Positions 1 to 8,751 are shown, numbered from the stretch's first letter. The stretch is DNA of 46,278 nucleotides from Candidatus Nomurabacteria bacterium (GCA_023267195.1 JAHFNT010000005.1:80875-127152); one strand, 5' to 3'. The notes: generated from the letters alone by a model not told the origin. Numbers and translations are program-made.

Positions 1-240
1 CTTTGCTTTTTTATCCAACCTTGCCTTCCTCAACGTTTTTTCTAAAACGATTGGCAAATTTTTTAAATGCTCTCTTTTGGCTAGGGCAGGAAACACCCCG
101 CCATAAGGTATATGCACATCAATCTGTGAAGCCACAGTATCAGCTAATACCTTAAAAGAAGCGTTATTAACGCTTCCCATGGCTTCCATTATCGTTATAC
201 CTGTCTCATCGCAGGATGTTTCAATGCTTAAAATTCTCAT
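1..240 (-). CDS. tsaD: TsaD/Kae1 tRNA threonylcarbamoyladenosine transferase, N-terminal 80 codons only (the rest lies left of the window)
   Basis: Not in the ORF track because it runs off the edge. Reverse-strand ATG at 240-238. Hand translation MRILSIETSCDETGITIMEAMGSVNNASFKVLADTVASQIDVHIPYGGVFPALAKREHL carries the family N-terminal signature (ETSCDET, YGGV.P..A.R.H). Confidence 0.8.
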   Translation of the reverse strand, partial: MRILSIETSCDETGITIMEAMGSVNNASFKVLADTVASQIDVHIPYGGVFPALAKREHLKNLPIVLEKTLRKARLDKKAK

Positions 241-252
241 AAAAATTACTAG

Positions 253-325
253 TGCGCGATACAGGATTCGAACCTGTGGCCTACCCCACGTCAAGGGGTC
301 GCTCTACCAACTGAGCTAACCGCGC
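253..325 (-). tRNA. tRNA-Val (anticodon GAC), 73 nt, no encoded CCA
   Basis: Reverse complement GCGCGGT-TA-GCTC-AGTTGGTA-GAGC-G-ACCCC-TTGACGT-GGGGT-AGGCC-ACAGG-TTCGAAT-CCTGT-ATCGCGC-A folds as a canonical cloverleaf. The anticodon loop TTGACGT gives GAC. Confidence 0.85.
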
Positions 326-417
326 GCAAACAAGGTCAATGACCTACCAAAACAGCATAATCGCGCATTACATCACTATCATGACCGACCAACAACATAA
401 CCGCGCCTGAGGTGATG

Positions 418-1635
418 TTACATTTTTTCTTTAATTCTTTCAAGCGCCAAAATAAAAGCCCCCATACGGAAATAAGTGTTGTTTTCTTTAGCTTTTTGAA
501 ATGTTTTTTGTGAAGCGTCATTCATCAACGGCAGAAGTTTCTCTAAAACTTCTTTTTCTGTCCAAATTTCACTTTTTAAGTTTTGTTCCCATTCAAAATA
601 GGAGACAGTCACACCTCCGGAATTTGCTAAAATATCTGGTACGACAGGTATACCTTTTTTAAATAAAATTTCATCAGCTTCTGGAGTTATAGGGCCATTG
701 GCAAGTTCTAAAATTGCTTTGGCTTTTATTTTTTCTGCATTTTGTTCAGTAATTACATTTTCAAAAGCTGCAGGTGCGAGCAGATCGCAGGGTAGTTCCA
801 GCAATTCTTCATTGGTAATATTTTTTGCGCCGGGAAAATCTTTCAAACTACTCGTAGCTTTTTTATGAGCTTCAACTTTTTCTAAATCTAGCCCTTCTTC
901 TTTATAAATTGCGCTTTTAGAATCCGAAACCGCGATGATTTTGTGTCCGTGTAGAGCAAAGACTCGCGCAGCATTCGCGCCGACGTTGCCGAAGCCCTGA
1001 ATCACCACCTTGCATTTTTCTGGTAGACCGATTTGCGTGCGCAATGAATCAAAAACATAAAACCCGCCGAGGCCCGTAGCCGGGCCTCGGCCCTGTGAGC
1101 CACCTTTTTCAATTGGTTTCCCTGTAAACGTCGCTCCCGTTTTTTCACCTGTAATTTTTCCATATTCATTATCCATCCAAGCCATAATCTCAGGCGTAGT
1201 GTTTACATCCGGTGCCGGTACGTCTTTATGTGGTCCCAAAACATCGGAAAGTTTTTGTACCCAGCCACGCGAAAGTCTTTCTAGCTCTCCTTTAGATAAT
1301 AGTTTCGGATCAACAGTAATCCCGCCTTTGCCTCCGCCCATCGGAATATTCGCGACGGCACATTTGAGTGCCATCCAAAAGGCGAGTGCCTTCACTTCAT
1401 TTATTTCTGTTTCTGGATGATAGCGAATACCACCTTTGTAGGGTCCAAGTGCATTGTTGTATTCGACTCGATAACCTTCAAAAATTTTTAGTGTACCATC
1501 ATCCATTTTAACCGGGATAGAAATTCTAATGTCTCTATCTGGCTGTCTTAGGCGCGCTATTAATTCATCACCAAAATCTTTTAGCTTCGAAACCTTATCA
1601 AGTTGCACCATTGCATTTTCGAAAGGATTTGGCAT
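418..1635 (-). CDS. gdhA: Glutamate dehydrogenase (Glu/Leu/Phe/Val dehydrogenase family)
   Basis: 405-aa ORF with LGPYKGGIRYHP and PMGGGKGG catalytic-region motifs and a GFGNVG Rossmann motif. Confidence 0.9.
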   Translation of the reverse strand: MPNPFENAMVQLDKVSKLKDFGDELIARLRQPDRDIRISIPVKMDDGTLKIFEGYRVEYNNALGPYKGGIRYHPETEINEVKALAFWMALKCAVANIPMGGGKGGITVDPKLLSKGELERLSRGWVQKLSDVLGPHKDVPAPDVNTTPEIMAWMDNEYGKITGEKTGATFTGKPIEKGGSQGRGPATGLGGFYVFDSLRTQIGLPEKCKVVIQGFGNVGANAARVFALHGHKIIAVSDSKSAIYKEEGLDLEKVEAHKKATSSLKDFPGAKNITNEELLELPCDLLAPAAFENVITEQNAEKIKAKAILELANGPITPEADEILFKKGIPVVPDILANSGGVTVSYFEWEQNLKSEIWTEKEVLEKLLPLMNDASQKTFQKAKENNTYFRMGAFILALERIKEKM

Positions 1636-1639
1636 CTGA

Positions 1640-2398
1640 TTATTGTATCAATTTTTCTAAGATTGCCAATTCTTCTTGTGAATTTGGCTGCAGAGCTTCC
1701 AGAAGATTCGTGATCGGTACGGCCTCTATATTTTTGTTTTGCGCGAATGCAATATTAATTATATCGGTAAATAAATACTCATTCCGGACAGGATTCATCT
1801 CAATTTTATCAATATTATTCCACAGCCATTTTGCATCAAACGCATAGATAGCAGGATTCACTTCTTTGATTGTTTTTTCCTCGTCAGTCGTGTTTTTAAA
1901 TTCAACTAATTTTTTAACTTTGCCATTCGTATCGCGCACAATTCTCCCAAAATGTGAATATAGAGCGATTCTCCAGTCTTCATAATCAGGGACAATCGCA
2001 GTTCCGAGGGTGATAGTTGCGCGTGTTTCAAGGTGAGTTGCAATAATATTTTCTAGTGTTTGTTTGGATATTACCGGTTGGTCGGTGGAAAGTACGAGTA
2101 CTATTTCATGGGGTTTTTCATTTGCTGTTTTTCTCGCGGACATTACCGCATGCCCTGTTCCTAGTTGTTCTTTTTGTAAAGCATATATATAATTATTACC
2201 CAAAACTTCTTTTATTCTTTCTTTTTTATAGCCAATTACGATTATAGGTTTTATTCTTTGATCTAACTCTTTAATAGTATCAAGGATATGTTTTAAAAAA
2301 GGCTTGCCCTTTAATATTGCCAAAGCCTTTGGCTCGTCGCTTTTCATTCTCGTACCCTTGCCGGCCGCGAGGATTATAATTTTTAATTTGTCTTCCAT
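1640..2398 (-). CDS. Sugar-1-phosphate nucleotidyltransferase, similar to the GlmU N-terminal domain, without the acetyltransferase beta-helix domain
   Basis: 252 aa. The N-terminal LAAGKGTRMKSDEPKAL matches the GlmU/nucleotidyltransferase signature. The length covers the pyrophosphorylase domain only. Confidence 0.7.
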   Translation of the reverse strand: MEDKLKIIILAAGKGTRMKSDEPKALAILKGKPFLKHILDTIKELDQRIKPIIVIGYKKERIKEVLGNNYIYALQKEQLGTGHAVMSARKTANEKPHEIVLVLSTDQPVISKQTLENIIATHLETRATITLGTAIVPDYEDWRIALYSHFGRIVRDTNGKVKKLVEFKNTTDEEKTIKEVNPAIYAFDAKWLWNNIDKIEMNPVRNEYLFTDIINIAFAQNKNIEAVPITNLLEALQPNSQEELAILEKLIQ

Positions 2399-2515
2399 AT
2401 AATGTCGAATTATATAAGATTAGAAGCCTATTTTCAACTTATCCACAGTTTGAACTTGTGTAATAAATATATTACGTGCAAAATATATTACATTAGCAAT
2501 TTAATTAAAATTTTT

Positions 2516-2941
2516 ATGATAAAAAAATATGAATGGTTTGCCAGAAGAAAATATACCGGATGGGGATTTACCCCGGCTACTTGGCAGGGATGGGTCTATG
2601 TGATTGTTGCGATTTTGCCATTTGTTGCGCTCATGAGTTTTGCGCCAATAAATCAGGCCCGAATGATTTTGATTGCAATTTGGGCAATAATTGTCGGCGT
2701 CGATTTTATTGATATAGTGATTCATTTGCCTAAGGATGAGCGTGATCGTCTGCATGAAGCAATAGCCGAGAGGAATGCACTCTGGGTCATAATTGTTGTT
2801 TTGGCGGTCGGGGTAGGGTATCAAGCTGCCTCCGGTGCCACCCTTGGAATCTTTAAAGTGGATCCGGTAATTCTGGTTGCGATATTCGCAGGGCTTATTG
2901 CCAAAATAATTTCAAATATTTATCTAGATAAGAAAGATTAA
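2516..2941 (+). CDS. Small integral membrane protein (about 4 TM segments), function unknown, upstream partner of the XRE regulator
   Basis: The track ORF is 2402-2941. I prefer the internal ATG at 2516 ([13 protein letters not shown]...) because the upstream part is promoter-like A+T-rich sequence. Hydrophobic segments are evident in the translation. Confidence 0.5.
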   Translation: MIKKYEWFARRKYTGWGFTPATWQGWVYVIVAILPFVALMSFAPINQARMILIAIWAIIVGVDFIDIVIHLPKDERDRLHEAIAERNALWVIIVVLAVGVGYQAASGATLGIFKVDPVILVAIFAGLIAKIISNIYLDKKD

Positions 2942-2958
2942 TAAAATACAAAAATACA

Positions 2959-3153
2959 ATGGAAACCAAAATTGCTTATTACAGAAATAAAATTTCTATG
3001 ACGCAAGAAGAACTTGCAGAGAGGGCTGGCGTGACTAGGCAGACCATAATTTCATTAGAGCAAAATCGTTACAATCCATCTCTTTATTTGGCCTATAAAA
3101 TAACCAAAGTTCTCCAACAGAAAAACATTGAGGATGTTTTTATTTTGAAATAA
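2959..3153 (+). CDS. XRE-family helix-turn-helix transcriptional regulator (64 aa)
   Basis: [29 protein letters not shown] is a classic Cro/C1-type HTH. Confidence 0.8.
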   Translation: METKIAYYRNKISMTQEELAERAGVTRQTIISLEQNRYNPSLYLAYKITKVLQQKNIEDVFILK

Positions 3154-3246
3154 AAAGCAAAATCTGTGAGCCTAATTATACGAGATTGGAACCTTATTTT
3201 CAATCAAATGAAGGGGTTTTATCAAATAACTTTGAGGCATTCATTA

Positions 3247-3870
3247 TCAGTACCAGAATGCTCTATCAGTTCTTAAGTTAAAATTAGAAATACCAATTGA
3301 GGGATAATAAGGACAAGGAAATATTTCAAAAAATGTCCACTCGTTATCTTTCTCAGTAAATATACTTAGAATGATTTTTTCAAAATTCCATTTGTATTTT
3401 TCACTATTTATTAAATCTACAAATTTTTTTATCTTGAAACCCTTCGTAATTAATCTAGATGCTAATAATAACTGACATTGTCCGTATTGTTTTGTGCCCT
3501 TGGTTCTCCAGATTTCTTCAACTAATTTTTCATAATTATCATCAAAGTTTTCGCTATTATCAAATAACTCTCTTACCTCTAACTGAAAACCTTCTTGATA
3601 GTTAGTATTTGCATCTTTTTTATTTAGAAAATGTATGTCTGGGTTATCACTTGGACAAAGGAGGAATTCTAAACCAGTCTTCTTTTTTATAACTAAAGCT
3701 AAGATGGAGGCATGATAGCACTCTAGTAAATTTTTGTATTTCTTTTTATTTTGGAATACTCTATCTGGGTTTCCATTCTCTAAAATTACTGATTCATTGA
3801 GCCAATTCCTAACTTGTGTTGGAGAGTAACACAATTGTTTTTCTGGTAAGTAAGTGTAGTTTTTAGTCAT
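3247..3870 (-). CDS. Hypothetical protein (orphan), possible PD-(D/E)xK-like core
   Basis: The track ORF 3247-3915 starts at TTG. The first ATG is at 3870 (MTKNYTYLPEK...). No family recognised. See findings. Confidence 0.45.
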   Translation of the reverse strand: MTKNYTYLPEKQLCYSPTQVRNWLNESVILENGNPDRVFQNKKKYKNLLECYHASILALVIKKKTGLEFLLCPSDNPDIHFLNKKDANTNYQEGFQLEVRELFDNSENFDDNYEKLVEEIWRTKGTKQYGQCQLLLASRLITKGFKIKKFVDLINSEKYKWNFEKIILSIFTEKDNEWTFFEIFPCPYYPSIGISNFNLRTDRAFWY

Positions 3871-4114
3871 ACGATTTTGAACTTTAATTCTATGAAATTG
3901 GCTTTGGGTGTCCAATACCCCATAGAGAATATTTTTGAACGCTTCGCGTACTATATTTATGTGGTCACAAGTTACTAAATTTTTTACTTCTTAAAATCGT
4001 AAAAAATGTAAGTACTTGCCGACCCCGGCTCGGCTATTTTTGTACTCAAAAATTATGCCTGCGCCTTCACAAATTTTTTCCAGAGCAAAGCAATTTGCTC
4101 TCTCAAAAAATTTG

Positions 4115-4186
4115 TGACCCTACTGGGAATCGCACCCAGATTACCAGCTTGAAAAGCTGATGTCCTAACTATTAGACGATAGGGCC
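4115..4186 (-). tRNA. tRNA-Glu (anticodon UUC), 72 nt, unusual T-loop TGCGATT
   Basis: The reverse complement GGCCCTA-TC-GTCT..GGAC-A-TCAGC-TTTTCAA-GCTGG-TAAT-CTGGG-TGCGATT-CCCAG-TAGGGTC-A forms a cloverleaf with anticodon TTC. Confidence 0.8.
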
Positions 4187-4247
4187 AAAACAATAAACAT
4201 CATAACATTTTTTGAAAAAATCGCAAAAAATGTTAGATTGAATTGAG

Positions 4248-4329
4248 GGAGGGTTCGCCTAATGGTATGGCACTGGTTTCGAAAACCAGCGGGAGCAATC
4301 CCTTACAGGTTCAAGTCCTGTACCCTCCG
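4248..4329 (+). tRNA. tRNA-Ser (anticodon CGA), 82 nt, long variable arm
   Basis: GGAGGGT-TC-GCC-TAATGGTAT-GGC-A-CTGGT-TTCGAAA-ACCAG-CGGGAGCAATCCCTT-ACAGG-TTCAAGT-CCTGT-ACCCTCC-G. Class II tRNA with a GGGA/TCCC variable stem. Confidence 0.85.
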
Positions 4330-4431
4330 CAAGCTTTATGAAGTAAAGCGAGGACGACTTGAAAGCCGGAGTCTGACTTTGGTCAGACGAGGCGGGGTCG
4401 CGAGATTTTTCAGCAGAAAAATACTTGTGAC

Positions 4432-4451
4432 CAAGTCCTGTACCCTCCGCA
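4432..4451 (+). repeat. Exact 20-nt direct repeat of the tRNA-Ser 3' end (copy 1 at 4312-4331)
   Basis: CAAGTCCTGTACCCTCCGCA occurs at 4312-4331 (T-loop to 2 nt past the discriminator) and again at 4432-4451. The second copy has no 5' half. Confidence 0.9.
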
Positions 4452-4487
4452 TGTTGCTTGATTTATTTCATTTGCTAAAATGAATGT

Positions 4488-4697
4488 ATGGAACAAGAAA
4501 CGAAAATTAAGAAGTGCGAGAAAATGAACGCGGGTAATGCGCCAGCCGGAGCAGTTTATGGTTTTGGTTTTATCGGCGCAGTTATTTACTATTTGCAACA
4601 CGCGGATACATTTTTGGCGGGAGCGCTTGGTATTCTAAAAGCCTTTGCTTGGCCTGCCTTTGTAGTGTACAAGATATTTCAATATTTTGGGTTTTAG
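4488..4697 (+). CDS. Small membrane protein (69 aa), function unknown
   Basis: Two hydrophobic segments (GAVYGFGFIGAVIYYL, LGILKAFAWPAFVVY). An extended -10 box TGCTAAAAT at 4473-4481 ends 6 nt before the ATG, the same architecture as other native genes here. Confidence 0.5.
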   Translation: MEQETKIKKCEKMNAGNAPAGAVYGFGFIGAVIYYLQHADTFLAGALGILKAFAWPAFVVYKIFQYFGF

Positions 4698-4701
4698 AAT
4701 A

Positions 4702-5661
4702 TTATCTAGCGTGTATTGCCAAATATATATCTTCTAGTGCCCTGACGGCATCACCGGCAGCGATGTTGTTTTGATGATAAAGCACATTGGTGCAATCTCC
4801 AGCCGCCCAAATGCCGGGAATTTCTGTTTTTTGACTCCAAGCATCTATTTTTATTCGGCCGATATTATCGAGGGGGAGTAAATCTTTAACAAAATCAGTG
4901 TTTGGAATCTGGCCGATTTCAACGAAAATGCCAGAAACTTTTAATTCTTTTTGTCCGCCAGCGCTATTTTCGTATACTAGACCTTCTACAAATTTATCAC
5001 CTTTAATTTCTAAAATTTCTGCATTTTTTATGATATTCAATTTTGGATTTTTGGAAACTTTTTCCACAGTGATTTCATCCGCGCGGAATGTGTCGCCTCT
5101 ATTTATAAGTGTGACAGATTTACAGTAGGCTAGGAGCTGCGAGGCCGATTCAAAAGCAGCATTGCCTCCACCTATGACCGCCACATCCATGTCGGCGAAA
5201 AGGGGACCATCACATGAAGCACAATAGGTGAGTCCTTTGTGTTCTAGTCTGTCTGCGTTTTTCGCTTCAAGCTTTCTGCGCCCACTGCCTGAAGCGATTA
5301 AAATTGTTTTTGCATTAAATTCTTTGCTTCCCTCGGTTGTTACCAAAAAAACATCGCCATTTTTTACTACATTAGTTACTTTTTCTCCTTCAGCCACCTC
5401 TAAAGTAGAAGCCATACTTCCAGTACCTGGAGCACTGTCAGTACCTACGGCATTTGCCATCACGTGTTTTTTGAAATTTTCTGCTAGCTCATTACCCGAA
5501 AGGGAAGTCGTACCGATCCAGTTATAAATTTGTTCGGATACGATACTTTGCCCGCCCCATTCAGCAACCAAAAGAAGAGTTTTTAATCTCTTTCTAGCAG
5601 CATACACCGCTGCCGCTGTCCCTGCCGGCCCACCACCGATAATAATCAAATCGTAAGTCAT
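4702..5661 (-). CDS. trxB: Thioredoxin-disulfide reductase family flavoprotein
   Basis: GGGPAG FAD motif at the N-terminus, redox-active CASCDG, second GGGNAA dinucleotide motif, C-terminal GD motif (AAGDC). Confidence 0.85.
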   Translation of the reverse strand: MTYDLIIIGGGPAGTAAAVYAARKRLKTLLLVAEWGGQSIVSEQIYNWIGTTSLSGNELAENFKKHVMANAVGTDSAPGTGSMASTLEVAEGEKVTNVVKNGDVFLVTTEGSKEFNAKTILIASGSGRRKLEAKNADRLEHKGLTYCASCDGPLFADMDVAVIGGGNAAFESASQLLAYCKSVTLINRGDTFRADEITVEKVSKNPKLNIIKNAEILEIKGDKFVEGLVYENSAGGQKELKVSGIFVEIGQIPNTDFVKDLLPLDNIGRIKIDAWSQKTEIPGIWAAGDCTNVLYHQNNIAAGDAVRALEDIYLAIHAR

Positions 5662-5701
5662 AACTTACATTATATACTAAGAGTCAAATTTTTAGCTATA
5701 T

Positions 5702-6883
5702 TTAATTTTTCTTTCTCCTCAAAAAGGCTGGAACAGCGCTCCAGTCATCGCCGTCATCTTCTATCACTTCCTCTTTTTTACTATCCATTTTTTTTACGAA
5801 ATCATTACTGCCCATCATGTTGCCGCCCTGAAGACTATTGTGTATTTCTTTTTTTATGGTAGCTGGACTTTCATCTTTTACTAGGGTTCCTGTCTGGGTG
5901 CCACTAAAGAGGCTTTTTCTAGGCATATCGGCTGGGAATGAAGTAGCGATGACTGTCACTTTTATTTCTCCTTTTTTTAATTTTTCATCATGAATGGTAC
6001 CGAAAATCACTTTTGCTTCTTTGTCTATTGATTCAGTTATTATTTTTGCTGCTTCCTGAATTTCATTGATAGTCAAATCATCTCCGCCTGAGATTGCAAA
6101 GAGTACTCCCTTGGCGCCGTGGATAGAAATTTCAAGGAGCGGTGAGTTGATAGCTGCCAAAGCTGCTTTTTCAGCTCGTTTTTCACCAGAAGCAGTTCCG
6201 ATACCCATAAGGGCGCTGCCAGCATTTGCCATGACAGCTTTGATGTCAGCGAAATCTACGTTTATGACACCAGGGGTAGTAATGAGGTCAGAAATCCCTT
6301 CTACTGCTTGTCTTAAAACATCATCACATCTCACAAAGGCATCTTTGAAGTTTGTATTTTTTTCTGCCAATTGAAGCAATTTATCGTTTGGAATTATGAT
6401 TATGGCATCCACTTCTTTAGCCAAATCCTCGATTCCTTTTTCTGCTATCTTCATCCTGTGGCTTCCTTCAAAGAAGAAAGGTTTAGTGGTTACTGCTACG
6501 GTCAAGATGCCTTGTTCTCTCGCGGCCCTGGCGACGATAGGAGCAGCTCCAGTGCCGGTGCCTCCACCCATTCCACAGGCAAGAAAAATCATATCTGCGC
6601 CCTTCACTACATCCTGAATTTCAGATTTAGTTTCTTCAGCTGCCTTTTTCCCAACTTCTGGATCCATCCCCGCGCCGAGGCCTTTAGTCAAATTTTTTCC
6701 TATATGAATTTTCTTCTCTGCGAGAGAGTGATGCAGGTCTTGCGTATCGGTATTCATACAGATAAAGGTGACACCTTTGACCTTAGTATTTATCATGTGG
6801 TTGACTGCATTCTTTCCTGAACCCCCAATCCCAATGACCATAATTCTGGCAAAACTCTCTATTTCCTGGTTTATTTTTGGCAT
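5702..6883 (-). CDS. ftsZ: Cell division GTPase FtsZ
   Basis: GGGTGTGAAP tubulin signature, NTD..L motif, C-terminal conserved peptide (VPAFLRRK). Confidence 0.95.
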   Translation of the reverse strand: MPKINQEIESFARIMVIGIGGSGKNAVNHMINTKVKGVTFICMNTDTQDLHHSLAEKKIHIGKNLTKGLGAGMDPEVGKKAAEETKSEIQDVVKGADMIFLACGMGGGTGTGAAPIVARAAREQGILTVAVTTKPFFFEGSHRMKIAEKGIEDLAKEVDAIIIIPNDKLLQLAEKNTNFKDAFVRCDDVLRQAVEGISDLITTPGVINVDFADIKAVMANAGSALMGIGTASGEKRAEKAALAAINSPLLEISIHGAKGVLFAISGGDDLTINEIQEAAKIITESIDKEAKVIFGTIHDEKLKKGEIKVTVIATSFPADMPRKSLFSGTQTGTLVKDESPATIKKEIHNSLQGGNMMGSNDFVKKMDSKKEEVIEDDGDDWSAVPAFLRRKKN

Positions 6884-6953
6884 AATTGATTATTAAAAGA
6901 ATTATCTTATATAGATAACACACTACCACCGGCACAAATAAATGTAAAGTAAA

Positions 6954-8117
6954 CTATGGCATCAGCTGTTTTAGGCTTGATTTTATTGTATTTTTAAGAT
7001 CTTTGAAAATATTTCCGAGTGGGCCTTCTCCATATCCCATATTATCCTTGCCTGCTGTTAGAAGTCCTAGGACAGTAAACCAAGAAGAGTCACGCAGCTT
7101 GGTTTTGTTGTTGCCAAAAATTTCAGTTGTTCCTAGGCTTGATGGGAGTTTTAGGATTGATTTTGAAAGTTCCACTAACATGGGAGTGTCTGCTCCGCCA
7201 CCTACAAACACGATGCCGGCAGGCAAGAGTTCTGATCTTTTTATTTTTTTTAAATTATTTTCTATTGACTCAAAAATATCACACAGGCGCGCCTCGATTA
7301 TTTCTTCCAGTTTTTTTCTTGAAAAATCTTCCGTAATATTTTCCAGTTTCAAATCTTCTGCTTTCTCTAATGGAATTTTAAAACCTAAAGCAATATCATT
7401 AGTGATGTCTGTTCCCCCGATAGAAAAAGTGTAAATAGATACTAGTGATCCATTTTCAAAAACAGAAATAGAAGTGGTCTCTGCTCCGATGTTGACCAGG
7501 GCTACCCCGACTATTTTTTGTCTTTCAGACAAAACAATATTACTGACGGCTATCGGGGAGGCTATTACATCTATCGTTTCTACTCCAGCTTCCGCGATTA
7601 CTCCGAGCAAATCTTCCAAATGGACAATAGAATAAGTTACAAAAAGGGTTTTTGCCTCAAGTTTGGTTCCACGCATACCCTCCAGGCGGCCTAGCACTTC
7701 TTTGCCGTCAAGCCGGAAAGAAATAGGGAACATGTGGATGATTTTTTTATTACCCAAACTCAAGTTTTCTTCGCAATCTGCCAAAGCTTTGTTTATATCG
7801 AGAGTCGTAACCTCGCCGTCTGCTTTAGAGACGATTGTTCCTCCGGGGCTGATCTCTCCGCGTAAAGTTGTGCCCGAAAGGGAAACGAAAGCGCGTTTTA
7901 TTTTTAGACCAGAAGTTTTTTCTGCTTGCGCGACTGCATTTCTGACTGAAGTGGCGGCCAATGTTTCATTGACAACATAACCGTGTCGAACTCCAAGCGT
8001 TTGGCTTTCGCCTACACCAATAATCTTAGGATTTTTTTCTCCTTTTAGAAATTCTCCGACCACGACTCGCGTCATGGACGATCCTACGTCTATCCCGACT
8101 GAAATATTTCTGATCAT
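6954..8117 (-). CDS. ftsA: Cell division protein FtsA (actin-like ATPase)
   Basis: N-terminal GIDVGSS phosphate-1 motif and GGGADT adenosine motif. Located immediately upstream of ftsZ. Confidence 0.9.
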   Translation of the reverse strand: MIRNISVGIDVGSSMTRVVVGEFLKGEKNPKIIGVGESQTLGVRHGYVVNETLAATSVRNAVAQAEKTSGLKIKRAFVSLSGTTLRGEISPGGTIVSKADGEVTTLDINKALADCEENLSLGNKKIIHMFPISFRLDGKEVLGRLEGMRGTKLEAKTLFVTYSIVHLEDLLGVIAEAGVETIDVIASPIAVSNIVLSERQKIVGVALVNIGAETTSISVFENGSLVSIYTFSIGGTDITNDIALGFKIPLEKAEDLKLENITEDFSRKKLEEIIEARLCDIFESIENNLKKIKRSELLPAGIVFVGGGADTPMLVELSKSILKLPSSLGTTEIFGNNKTKLRDSSWFTVLGLLTAGKDNMGYGEGPLGNIFKDLKNTIKSSLKQLMP

Positions 8118-8433
8118 ATTTTTTTTCCGCTTCTTCCATTGTACTACTATGATCGAGACCTTTCAAATGAAGCAGGCCGTGGATAACTAAAAAGCCGAGC
8201 AGTTCCGGGAAAGTTCTATTAAATTTTTTTAATTCTTTCTTGATTACTGCCTTACACAACACAAGCTCGCCGGAATTTTTTGATAAAGCAAAAGACAACA
8301 CATTTGTTGGTTTGTTTTTACCCCGCCATTTTTTATTTAATTCTTGGGATTTTTTGAGAGAGACGTAGGCAATAGAAAGCTCGTAGTTTTTGCCTAAGAT
8401 TTCATTCTTTATTCTAGAAAAAATCTTCTCCAT
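8026..8433 (-). CDS. ybeY: Endoribonuclease YbeY (rRNA maturation factor)
   Basis: HGLLHLKGLDH zinc-binding motif (H.x3.H.x5.H). The 3' end overlaps ftsA by 92 nt. Confidence 0.8.
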   Translation of the reverse strand: MEKIFSRIKNEILGKNYELSIAYVSLKKSQELNKKWRGKNKPTNVLSFALSKNSGELVLCKAVIKKELKKFNRTFPELLGFLVIHGLLHLKGLDHSSTMEEAEKKYDQKYFSRDRRRIVHDASRGRRISKRRKKS

Positions 8434-8435
8434 TT

Positions 8436-8669
8436 TTACTTAGTCACCATCTTGCCGAGTTTTTTGAGTTTTTCTATTTCTTGCCTGCGCGCCATTCGCT
8501 TGAGCGCACTCTTTTTTACTTTTAGTTTTGATTCTACTCGGACATTATAACGAGCGCCTTTGACTTTGCGAATAATTCCGGATTCTTGAATTCTGCGAGA
8601 AAAGCGGCGCAAGACACTCGCGTTGTTTTCGTTTGGATTTTTCTTAACTTCAATAACTGTTTTTGCCAT
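8436..8669 (-). CDS. rpsU: 30S ribosomal protein S21
   Basis: 77-aa basic protein. The segment LRRFSRRIQESGIIRKVKGARYNVRVESK fits the S21 pattern. Confidence 0.8.
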   Translation of the reverse strand: MAKTVIEVKKNPNENNASVLRRFSRRIQESGIIRKVKGARYNVRVESKLKVKKSALKRMARRQEIEKLKKLGKMVTK

Positions 8670-8751
8670 ACCTTGTAGACTAACATATAAAAGATTTTTT
8701 GCAAACCGACAACCGAAGGTAAGGAGGTACTGAGCGCAGTGAATGTATTTG

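Noticed and set aside
2402-2515. Upstream extensions of several track ORFs: 2402, 9112, 12679, 13936, 22244, 40297, 43005 and 18783.
   Set aside because: The extensions start at non-ATG or poorly placed codons, run through promoter-like A+T-rich DNA or overlap the preceding gene. The family-typical N-termini begin at the internal ATGs used in the feature table.
4068-4116. The 49-nt imperfect palindrome (CACAAATTTTTT..AGAGCAAA-gcaa-TTTGCTCT..AAAAAATTTGTG) abutting tRNA-Glu, read as the terminal inverted repeat of a mobile element.
   Set aside because: It is a single self-complementary unit, with no second copy in the window and no associated transposase. It is most simply a hairpin at the tRNA 3' flank. 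The short CAAATT trailer is shared with the other tRNA-Glu gene.
4332-4451. A second full tRNA, or a split or permuted tRNA, using the duplicated 3' end.
   Set aside because: There is no complementary acceptor 5' strand (GGAGGGT), no T-stem 5' strand (ACAGG) and no anticodon arm upstream of the second copy. Only the 20-nt 3' segment is present.
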